Source: Mobula hypostoma
Taxonomy: Eukaryota
Reading direction: 5' to 3'
Assembly: GCF_963921235.1 (NCBI RefSeq)
Contig: NC_086109.1
Span: 26,600,001-26,664,000 of the forward strand
Length of the DNA stretch: 64,000 nt
Shown: piece after piece, positions 12,138 through 22,258 of the stretch
Numbering within the stretch: the stretch's first letter is position 1
How the letters are laid out: each line of letters starts with the position of its first letter
The notes under the pieces: generated by a model
What the model was told of the DNA's origin: nothing
Database searches by the model: none
What the model saw: the letters and a program-made list of their open reading frames with translations, nothing else
Program-made: the position numbers and the translations under genes

Positions 12138-12307
12138 CTCCTGGCTGAAGGCTATGGTTAACTTATAAGGTAACTGGAGAATGGACCCTAACAGGTGTAT
12201 GTAACAAGTGAATGTGAAAGCATCCAGAGGTGTAAGTCCTGAACTTGGATTGCCTGAACCAGGACAAAACTGGATGCCATTGTAATAACTGACACCAGCC
12301 ATTACTG

Positions 12308-12712
12308 CTGTACTCGCTGGAATTCAGAAGGATGAGAGGTGATCTTATAGAAGTATATAAAATTATGAAAGGGATAGATAAGATAGAGACTGGAAAGTTC
12401 TGGTAGGTGAGACTAGAACTAGGGGACATAACCTCAAAGGAGAGTAAATTTAGGATGGAGATGAGGAGGAACTGCCTTTGCCAAAGAGTGGTGAATCTGT
12501 GGAATTCTCTGCCCAATGAAGCAGTGGAGGCTACCTCAGTAAATATATCTAAGACAAGGTTGGATAGTTTTTTTCCATAGTAGGGGAATTAAGGATTATA
12601 GGAAAAAGGCAGGTAGGTGGAGATGAGTCCATGGCTAGATCAGCCATGATCTTATTGAATGGAGGAGCAGGCTCGATGGGCCAGATGTCTTCTACTGTTC
12701 CTATTTCTTATG
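12308..12712 (+). mobile_element. CR1 LINE 3' fragment
   Basis: ctgtactcgctggaattcagaaggatgagaggtgatcttatagaa (LYSLEFRRMRGDLIE), gtggtgaatctgtggaattctctgcc (VVNLWNSLP), tail cctatttcttatg. Confidence 0.8.
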
Positions 12713-13118
12713 TAACATCTGGATTCTTCCTGATATGTGTGAATCTATCCTACAAAGACTTAGGGTTAGGGTTCAGTAAATGACCAAAGCCTCCAAAGAA
12801 TAATAACGAATACTTAAAGTATGTTTTTTGCTGGACAAGACACCTTAAGTAACTGAATAAACAAAACATATCGTACGATTGGGAATGGGACTTCAGGGTC
12901 ATCATTGGCCATGGGGAAAGTGTCTCAGCTATAACATGGGCTATATATGCACACATCACATTGTAGAAAGCTGACCTCCTGCTCCCACTTGAGATTTGGG
13001 TGGGAAAATAAGAGAGGACACTGTTTAATATGATACTGTTATCACTATTAGGATCATGATGAGCAGTTTGGGGGGGGGGTGCACTATTTCTCGAGATGCA
13101 GCAAAAATATAGGTAATG

Positions 13119-13607
13119 CACTCAGTGGATACTTTATTACATTTCTCCTGTACTTGATAAAGTGGCCACTGAGTGTATGTTCATGCTTTTCTGCTGCTGT
13201 AGCCCATCCACTTCAAGGTTTGACGTGTTGTGCGTTCAGAGATCCCCTTGTCTTTGAGTTACTGTCGCCTTCCTGTCAGCTTCTGGCCATTCTCCTCTGA
13301 CCTCTCTCATTTGCAAGGCATTTTCACCTGTTCTTTGTAAACTTCACAGACTGTTGTGCATGAAAATCCCAGCAGTTTCTGAGCTACTCAAACCACCCCA
13401 TCTGGCACCAACAATTATTCCAATGCCATAGTCACTGAGTTCACATTTTTTCACCCCATTCTGATGATTGGTCTGAACAACAAATGAATCTCTTGACCAA
13501 GTCTGCATGCTTTTATGCTTTGAGTTGCTGCCACATTATTCGGTGATTAGATAGTTGCATTAATAAGTAGGTATACAGGTGTACCTGATAAAGTCGCCAC
13601 TGTGTGT
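13119..13607 (-). mobile_element. Tc1-like non-autonomous DNA transposon (copy A), right TIR interrupted by a solo LTR
   Basis: TIR cactcagtgg..actttatta / taaagtggccactgagtg+TA. Body matches copies at 28.3 and 30.9 kb that encode a Tc1 N-terminus. The TIR end resumes at 14502 (gtgta). Confidence 0.75.
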
Positions 13608-14501
13608 TGTTACGTACCCCGTAACTGGGTTGCCAAACCAGCAGAAATGGATCACTCAGTTGGAGTCTGGATTACTAGAACTAAGAAAGTTTTATTAAAG
13701 AAACAAGCAACACAGTACTCTAATCAAAAGGATAATGAATGCAACAGTTCAGCAATGATAAACATATATGTACATAGAATTAAGATAACAGGATCAATCA
13801 AGCTCTATCGTTGTCTAGGGGTAAATGACCAGTTTCAAGGTGACACAAAGTTCAGTTCAATTTAGTTCAGTTCAGTTCGCAGTAATCGCTGCTGTGGCGA
13901 TGGACGGGGGGGGGGGGGGAAGGAGAGAGAGAGCAAAACGAATGAATATTCAAAAACGGCTTCCACACAGACCTTTGCAGTCAGCTTTCGGGCGAGTCCT
14001 TTGTGATGTCATCTGAGGTCACCGGCTGTGCCCCTCCGTTTCCAGATACGATCGTTTCCCTGCGGTGACCTGGCACCCAGGCAAGGGTGGACACACACCA
14101 GGTTCCCGCTGATTGTGCCTTTCCACCCTGTACGTCTATGGCTTGTCCCGCGACCAACCATCCAAAACTTCCCACCGACTTGGGAGAGACGCACCGCTTC
14201 CAGGGTCTCATTACCTCGGGGTGTCGTGTGTGTCTTGCCTTAGCGAACCTGTCCCTTTTTATCCCCCTGCTGGGGTATCGCCTGTCCATCACTTCAAACA
14301 GTTCAGGGTTCAAAGGGGGAGCCGATCTTGACAGCTCTCCTTCCGTTACTCTCTCCCGTCCCTTCATTAACATCTCCAAATGCTGCTCCATTGTTTTCCT
14401 TATCTCTCTTTCTCCTGAAGACAGGTGGCAGACCAACTGCTGATCCCACTGGTGCCAGCACAGGACAGCTAACATCTTAATCTATGTGTATTCTCGTCAC
14501 A
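13608..14501 (-). mobile_element. Solo LTR (894 bp), probably Gypsy-type
   Basis: TG...CA termini (tgttacg...cgtcaca), 4-bp TSD GTGT (13604-13607 / 14502-14505). Reverse complement of the element at 55847-56774. Confidence 0.88.
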
Positions 14502-16069
14502 GTGTATATGAGCTGGCTTAGTATTTGTATTCAGAATGGCTCTTTCACCTTTCAAGAACAACGTAAGCCTCAACATAATCCGTGGATTGTGTTGGTCGTT
14601 GATGCAAAATCACATATTTACTGTCTATTTTGATGTACATGTGACAGAAATCTAAACTAATCTAATCTGAAGCAAGAAATTCTTAGTTGCTTATGGCATA
14701 TAATTTGCCAGCTTTTCTTTCCTTAATCTCCCAATACAAAGTACTGCAGATATCATACTATAAACATAAAGCAGCTTTAAAGCGTCAAATCCCATACTTG
14801 GTTCATATTAGCTGGATCTTAACATTTGGAGGGGATTAGTTCCAGCTGCTGAAATACAGAGTCAAGTGTCTGTTGGAATTAGTCATCCCCGTGAAGTCCC
14901 TTGGTGGATACCTGTCACATGATTTGGTGTTGATTTGGATTAGCTGTCATTAAAAATAATAGTGATGTCACTCATTTTCTTTCATGCCCTGCCTTTGCCC
15001 TGTCACAGGTATTTCCATTGTATTTTAAAAGCTTAAAGAGGCAATATCTTCCTCCTCTCAAGAACGTGCTGGTTGATGTTAATTTTTCATGGACATTTCC
15101 TATCTTCTAACATCACAGCCACAGGGGGAATTTCCTGTTGGCAATATTAGCTCGGTTGCTTACACATATTTCACCAAGAGCTGCTTCGGATTCAGATCCA
15201 TTTTTAATCACAGGTACATCAAAACATGCGGTGAAATGCATCGTTTCCATTAACAACCAACATAACCTAAGGGTGTGCTGGGGCAGCCTGTAAGTGTCGT
15301 CACATATTGTGGTGAGACAAAACAACAGCAAAGCAAGCCCCTTTACTTACGCACATGCACACACCTTTAAGATAAAGCTGTTTTCTTAGTTTCCCCAAAG
15401 GGAATAAAAGTAGTTGCAGCCCTGTTTGAAGCACATTACCTCAGCATAGTTCAGGGAGACCTCTCCCAGAATTGTTTTCCTTCTAGTTCAGAACAGATCT
15501 AGTAGCTCAAAACTAGATGTCCATGAAGAATTGTGGACCCTTCAGCTGCAGTAGAGTTATATTCTATTATGTCTGTACCCTCATTGCTGCCCAACCCTGT
15601 AGAACACTGTGCCAGATGCCTACCTTCACAGAAACTAGTTTGAGCCAGCTTGTTTCTCTGTCTGATACCAGAGAAGCACCTAATATAGCAACAGTTGTTG
15701 TACCACGCAACATCCCAACTTTGTAATGGTATTAAAAAACTATCTGATCTCAAGCCGAGCTATTCTGTTGTTGGTCATTGTCAACGATATCAACCCAACA
15801 ATGTGTAAATTGTACAAGAACATTCTGTACACAAAAAGCAGAACAAGTTCAGTGCAGCTAATTGCGATTGATTAATTTGCTCTCTTCAGCAATCTGAAAG
15901 AACATATCATTGACGGTAAAAATGAGGGATTGTAATCATCCATAAGCTACTCATAAATGCACAGTTTAAAGTTGACAGAACCACTGGGCTTCAGGCTTGT
16001 TGCATCCTTGATCTAAGCATGTACCAATCAATAATCCAAGGCGGATTGTTTTCCATTTCTCTTCAGGAA

Positions 16070-16330
16070 ACTGGCAGAGGATAACTCTTCTCTGGCTGGT
16101 TTTGTGCAAAGAAAGTTGTTGTGATTGTTGGAAGTCAATCATCTCAGCCTTGGAGCATGACTGCAGGAAATCCTTGGGTCAATAACATCAGCTGAAATAA
16201 TTTTTAACAATGAACTTCCTTCCAGCATAAAGTCAGAGTTTCAAATGTTCAATGGCTGCATAATTTTCCATTTCATTTGCCACTCCTCTGAAAATAAAAT
16301 GGTCCCTGCCAATTTGTTGTAGGATTGAAG
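16070..16330 (+). mobile_element. Ancient LINE RT fragment
   Basis: gttgtgattgttggaagtcaatcatctcagcct...actgcagga...aatgaacttccttccagcata resembles the RT stretch VVVGGQSSQP..TAGVPQG...INDLPS. Confidence 0.5.
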
Positions 16331-16482
16331 TATTATGGATTTAGGCTTGTAGCATGGATCTTTGTCTCACGTTACAGGGCAAGAGATAGAGGCCTAAGAC
16401 GAGGAGGAATTTCTTCATTCAGAGGGTGGGAAACTTGCAAGTTTACCACCTTTTGAATGAAGAAATTATTCTACCCAGATGG

Positions 16483-17047
16483 AATGTGTGGCCTGCTGTA
16501 TATCAGTGAGACTCGATGTACATTGCAGGACCGCTTCGCCGAGCACCTATGCTCCATCTGCCAGGAAAAGTGGGATCTCCCAGAAGACACCCATTTTAAT
16601 TCCATTTTCCATTCCCATTTCAATATGTCTACCCGTGGCCTCATCTACTGTCGTGATGAGGCCACACTCAGGTTGCAGGAACAACACCTTGTATTCCGTC
16701 TGGGTAGCCTTCAACCTGATGGCATAAGCATCGATTTCTCAAACTTCCAGTAATGGCCCCTGCCACCTTCATCAACCCCCATCCCCTTTCCCCTCTCTCA
16801 CCTTATCTCCTTGCCTGCCTATCTCTGGTGCTCCCTTCCTCTATTCTTTCCTTCAGGGCCTTCTGTCCTCTTCTATTAGATTCCCCCCTTCTCCAGCCCT
16901 GTATTTCTTTCACCAATCAATTTCCCAGCTCTACTTCTCTCCTGTTTTTTCTCCTGTCCTGCTGAAGGGTCTCAGTCCAAAACATCAGCTGTACTCGTTT
17001 CCTAAATGCTGCCTGGCCTGCTGAGTTCCCCCAGCATTTTGTGTGTG
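16483..17047 (+). mobile_element. Penelope-like element 3' part: GIY-YIG endonuclease C-terminus plus terminal repeat
   Basis: ORF 16457-16753: CGLLYISETRCTLQDRFAEHL...HFN...EQHLVFRLGSLQPDGISIDF, typical of PLE GIY-YIG. Followed by a pyrimidine-rich UTR and the ctgctgaagggtctcag...gatgctgcctgg repeat. Confidence 0.85.
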
Positions 17048-18997
17048 CCACTTTCCCCTTATAGCCTGTTGTTCCCTTTGCCGAGCCTCCCCCCACCACT
17101 CCCATTGTCAACATTCTGGGCAGGGGTCACCATTGACTGAAACTGATCTAGACACGGGAGACTCGTTCTCCCCCTGACTACACAAAAACAACAAGGCACA
17201 GAGTGTGAGTATGAAGGTTTGTTCTTCATAGACATGGACAACTGCTGCTCCAACAGCAGTCCATCAGTCAGTTTGAAGAGCACCAAATCCATCATCCTAA
17301 ACAATCATTCCCTCCACCAGTGGTGCTATCTAGTTCTAGTACGTAATATCTGAGGGATTTGATTTCGTGACATCATCCCCAACGAAACAAAGTATGTGGT
17401 CTGTGCCAAAAAGAACAGTTGGTGCATAGGAATTCCTTGACTACCATGAGTTTTTTCAAGTCCTGCTTTATCCTCATTTCATAGTATTTGGTTGTCCTGA
17501 ACCGTCCATGAACACCACCTCACTATTCCTCTCTTGCAATAACTGTCGTAACTTGTGGTAACTTTTGTATCTTACACTCTACTGCTGCCACAAAAAGACA
17601 AATTTCACAACGTGTATTAGTGATAAAAAACCTGATTTCTGATTCTTCATCATAGCTAGGTCTGAACTGTTGAGCTTCCCTCTTAACAGCTCTCTGGATG
17701 TACGTTAGCCAGAATAACTGCAGCGGTTCAAGGTGTCTCTCCATATTTTCCCAAGCGTAATTAAAATTGGATAATAAATGTTGCTGCTGCTGGCAATGTT
17801 GAAATCCCATTAATATGTATAATAAGAAATGGAGGATTTTCTTTTATCTCAAATTAATCTAATTTGTTTCAAGCTTATTTATTCCTTCAGACTTGTACCT
17901 TGCATATAATATCTTCCAGAATTTACATTACTTGCTAAGCACACTTGCAGAAATTGACTCAACTGTCACTGTCGTAATCTAGTTAATAGCACACCAATCC
18001 AACTGTGTATTGAAAATCATAAGTTGGATGCTCTGAGCTTAAAAAAAACATTGTTATTAGGGAGAGCATTGGAAAAAGCCTTATTTATATGGGCAGTTTT
18101 GCAAATGACAAAATAAACTTGTTAGCACCTTCTCCCTTCATTGTAAAGGAAATCCAGCAGTTATGGGAGTATGAAAGGCAGTTTGTTCATTCTGCATGGT
18201 ATTGTCTTTGTATAGAATTAATTTGAAATCTCTTGTAGCCTTAAGCCGCTGACCACATTCACAGAAACATTGATCTGTGCTTTTTACTGATGAATTTATT
18301 GATTTTTGTTTTTCTATTTTACCACTCCTGTTTATTCATGAGGCACCAAGGCCAAAAATAGATGAATATTGTTCAATTTTCTAATAATATCTCTTATAGA
18401 TTTAAAATCTTCAGTTATTTTTCTTATTGCCTTTTTTTTTTCTCCGAAGCATGTTGGTGCTTTTATAAACTAGAAAATAATCCGGGAATTGCTTCTGTTT
18501 CGTCCCTTTCATGTTTCCTTTCTTAACTTTGATTGATGTTTTCTGTGGGTTAACAGAAATATGTTGTGACTCTTGGTGCATGATTCTAGAGTCATAGAGA
18601 AAGCAAAATGGAAACAGGCTCTTTAGTCCAGTAAGTCAGCTCCAACTATCAAATATTTATTTGCACTAATCCTACTTGAATCCCATATTGCTATATTGTC
18701 GAGCAATGCATAAATGAACTGGATGTACTCGGTGAGCCAGGCAGTATTTATGGAAGGAAATGGACATTCAAAGTTTTGATTAGATCGTAAATAGCATTTT
18801 TAAAGTTCTCCCCAGATTTAACCCCCACCCAGATTCTGCAACTTAGTCACTTGTGGAAACTCACGGTGGCCAGTGAACATATTAATTTGCAAGTCCGTGG
18901 GATGTGTAAATTTCTTGTAGACATCACCGGAGACAGGATTGAACCTAGTCTCAGGCGATGTGAGACAGTGGCTCCACCAGCAATGCACGGTGAACTA

Positions 18998-19841
18998 CAG
19001 CTGGCCCTCCATATCTGCGGGTTCCGCATCTGCGGATCAAAAATACTGTAAAGGTTTCCCCCACTATCCGAAAGTAGAGCGGAAATGGCTTAATGTGAAG
19101 AAGCAATTACCATTAATTTATATGGGTAAAATTTTTGAGCGTTCCCGGACCCAAAAAAATAACCTACCAAATCATTCCAAATAACACATAAAACCTAAGA
19201 TAACACTAACACGTGGTGAAAGCAGGAATGATATGATAAATACACCGCCTATATAAAGTAGAAATAATGTACGTACAGTACAGCGTAGTTTCACTTACCA
19301 GAATTGGGAAGACAGCAAGCACACTGGAAGGTTCATGCATTTTTCTATCATACAGTTCATTGTAAGCACTCAAAACATCCTGCAAACCTGCCCTAAACCT
19401 ATGTGCCCTTTCAAAATTAAAGTCATACTTTTCTGCAATCATTGCAGCACTGTCAATCGTAGTGAAAATCTCTCGCAGTTCAAAGCTATGGCGTGCGCGC
19501 TGCCTCTATAACGGCTCGCTGCAAAACGAACGCTGAACGCTATTTTCGCAGAGGCAGCATCAGCGACCCCAGAAGAGCTACGATGATTGTGTCTGTACTG
19601 AACATGTACAGACTTCTTTTGCTTGCCATTATTCCCTAAACAATACAGTATAACAACTATTTACATAGTATTAGGTATTATAAGTAATCTAGAGATGACT
19701 TAAAGTATACGGGAGGCTATGCGTAGGTTATATGCAAATACTACGCCATTTTATACAAGGGACTTGAGCATCCGCGAATTTTGGTATCTGCCGGGGGGGG
19801 GTGTCCCGGAACCAATCCCCATGGATACGGAGGGCCGACTG
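18998..19841 (-). mobile_element. Tigger-family MITE (MER2-like) with a nested second Tigger-type fragment (~19050-19580)
   Basis: TA-flanked TIRs cagctggccctccatatc / gatacggagggccgactg. Internal 19590-19841 is recognisably MER2-like (from memory). The nested part has a minus ORF remnant ...YDFNFERAHRFRAGLQDVLSAYNELY. Confidence 0.8.
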
Positions 19842-19901
19842 TATTCATTTAATGGGGCAGCAAAGTTTAAAGCCATGTCTTGGCGTTGTATTCCTCTAGA
19901 G

Positions 19902-19963
19902 CAGGGGTTCCCAACCTTCCTTAATGGTATTGGTCCATGGCATAAAAAAGGTTGGGAACCACT
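19902..19963. mobile_element. hAT (Charlie-like) mini-MITE
   Basis: TIR caggggttcccaacct / aggttgggaaccactg; 8-bp flanks ctctagag / ctttagaa. Confidence 0.75.
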
Positions 19964-20115
19964 GCTTTAGAATCTGACATTAACCAAAAAGTGCCATTTA
20001 TTGTACATATTTCCAAAATGAGCAAGTTTGAGTCAAGATAGTGATAACACAATTGTGGTTAATTTTAGTGTCCCTGGATATTATGGTAACTATACCATAA
20101 CTGCTCTATATTCAT

Positions 20116-20320
20116 AGACACAAGAGATTCTGCAGATGCTGGGAATCTTGAGCAACATGCACAAATTGCTGGAGGAACTCCGCTAGTCCGGCAGCAAGTC
20201 AGTCATGGCTAAGTTCCGTCAATAGTCCTGATGAAGGGTCTCGGCCCGAAATGTCGACTGTTCACTCCCTTCCATTGGTGCTGCCTGACTTGCTGAATTC
20301 CTCCATCATTTTGTGTGAAT
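20116..20320. mobile_element. Fold-back Penelope-like terminal repeat
   Basis: Inverted arms ...tgctggaggaactc... / ...gaattcctccatca...; contains the best-preserved hammerhead motif. Confidence 0.75.
20221..20262 (+). ncRNA. Minimal type I hammerhead ribozyme motif (Penelope-associated)
   Basis: Stem I AATAGTC/GACTGTT, CTGATGA 20228-20234, extra A, stem II GGGT-CTCG-GCCC, GAAA 20248-20251, then TGTC (predicted cleavage after C20255). Confidence 0.75.
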
Positions 20321-20683
20321 TGTTGTGGTGCTTAATGGTTTGGTGAGAGAGCAGGTGTCTTCTGGAAAGTTAGTGGATTTGATTGAAGTTGGTCATTGCT
20401 TCAGCTTGTCTTCACTAAGGGCACAGAACGCATGAGCAAGTGACAGCCCACAGTGAAAAACAACTCGCAGTGGTAGATGTTTCTTATCTTTGGTGTGATG
20501 TGTGCATTTCCAACTCCTGTGTAAAAGTAAACAAGGTGGGAAGTGGCTAGAGTCTCCCAGGTAGCTGGACGTTATAAAACCTTTGATTTCATCCATCGCA
20601 CTGCAGTTGGACTGAGTATTCCATGTAGACATTGGGGTGATGGGTTTGGTAAGATGGTGGGAGATGATTATGTGGGTATAAAT

Positions 20684-20764
20684 CAGCGGTACCCAATTTT
20701 CTTTATGCCATGGACTTCTACCATTAACCAAGGGGTCTATAGATCCCCAAATTGGGAACCCCTG
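20684..20764. mobile_element. hAT mini-MITE
   Basis: Same family as 19902. TIRs cagcggtacccaa / ttgggaacccctg; TSD gtataaat / gtgtaaat. Confidence 0.75.
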
Positions 20765-21321
20765 GTGTAAATGGAAGTGCAGCATAGAAGCTAAAACTGT
20801 GTTCCTGATCACTGTCAAATAAATCCTTATGGATGTGGCCAGCGGTGGTAAGCAATGGTGAAAGTTGCTTTGACATATACTACTACGTTTAGTTCGATGA
20901 GGTACTGAATGCCAGGCAGTGGGTGTGGAATCACACAAGTTTCAGGTTATGTCTGACAGACTCTGAGATGATTTATGTCCTCATCGGGGGGAAAAAGGTA
21001 GTTTTGCTATTAGCCTTTAAATGGCACCGTATCCGCACCGATCTCAAACCACGTCACTGAATCCTTGCTATGAGTTAGCTGAGCAGATGGCAATTAACTG
21101 TTCCTGCATACCTGCTGTGGAATACGCCAGACAGACCATCTTACTCCGCCTGACCAAATGGATTCACAGAAGTTCAGAAAATGTTGCCAATACCCAGAGC
21201 TCCATTTTCTGTATCTTGTCTCTGATTCTGAATGCAGATTGACACTTTGTTATTGCTGATCCCTCTTTTAGGATGTTAAACTTAAGGCATTTCTGGTCTT
21301 TCAGAAGTGTACAGACATCCT

Positions 21322-21630
21322 AAGCAACGCATACAAAATGCTGGAGGAACTCAGCAGCTCAGGCAGCATCTATGGAAATGAATAAGCAGTCGACATTTTG
21401 GGCTGAGACGCTTCTTCAGAAATGGAAGGGAAGGGGGGAAGATGCTAGAATAAAAAGTGGTGGGGGGGAGGGGTAGGAGGCTGACTAGAAGATGAAGTCA
21501 GTTGGGTAGGAAAGGTAAAGGGCTGGAGAGGAAAGGAATCTGATAGGAGAGTGGACCATAGGAGAAAAGGAAACAAGAGGGGACCCGGGGAAAGTGATAG
21601 GCAGGCGAGAGGAGGTAAGAGACCAGAATG
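21322..21630 (-). mobile_element. Penelope-like element 3' UTR/terminal repeat
   Basis: aaaatgctggaggaactcagc...cagtcgacattttgggctgagac followed by purine-rich UTR, reverse complement of 16750-17047. Confidence 0.75.
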
Positions 21631-22258
21631 GACATCCTAGCAGGGTTTCAAATATTGGCGTTTTCCTTGTCTTTATTTGCAAAAGTGACCCCTCAGTGTT
21701 TGGGAAAAAAAATATTGGTCATTATCTTCATGCTGTTTGTGGAAATTTGTGCTACTTTTCCCTACATGACATCAGTAAACAAACTTCAAAAGTCGTTAAC
21801 AATTATATGTAGGGTTCTGAAAACTTTGTATGATTTTATAACCACTATGAGATGATGTGACTACACTTGAACGAAATATATCAATATATAGGTGCTGAAG
21901 TTCTTGTTTGTGCAATAGTATTTGATATTTCCACCCTAAGTAAAAGATTTTGATTATCTCCCATATCTACACCTCTCATGAATTTATATACTTTTACTTT
22001 GGGTCTCTCTTCAGCTTCTGATAATCAAGAAAAAAACAGTGCAAGTTTGTTCAACCTTTCTTTCTAGGTAATACTATTCAATCTAGGCAACATCCCAAAT
22101 TTAAGTCCTCATTCAATCTTTCCACCTTTCTGCTATTTCCCACTCACTGTTGTATTTGATATTGTATTTTAGCGTGTATTATACTGTTACTCTGTGGGCT
22201 TCAGGCAGCAAAGATACTTCAATTAATCCTGGTGCATGTGACAGCAAGCAAACTTAAT

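Larger units (their letters stand above)
10715..12300 (+). mobile_element. 5'-truncated non-LTR retrotransposon with restriction-like endonuclease (HERO-like, R2/NeSL group)
   Basis: Three ORF pieces (10712, 10831, 11212) give the RT C-terminal region WLYQYGIL.RLLW...HLRRW.GVPPSFS, CCHC knuckle CKLCGQKGTLAHILSGC, RHDKVL, and RLE motifs RPDIVLW...LVELTVPWE...KY...PVEIGCRG. ~250 nt 3' UTR. Confidence 0.88.

Noticed and set aside
12760..12773. TTAGGG telomeric repeat
   Set aside because: Only two units; consistent with chance.
13981..14475. 164-aa ORF inside the solo LTR
   Set aside because: It is broken into two ORFs in the second LTR copy and has no recognisable domain.
20393..20938. 181-aa minus-strand ORF
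   Set aside because: It runs through a hAT MITE, has no domain similarity and no supporting splice structure.
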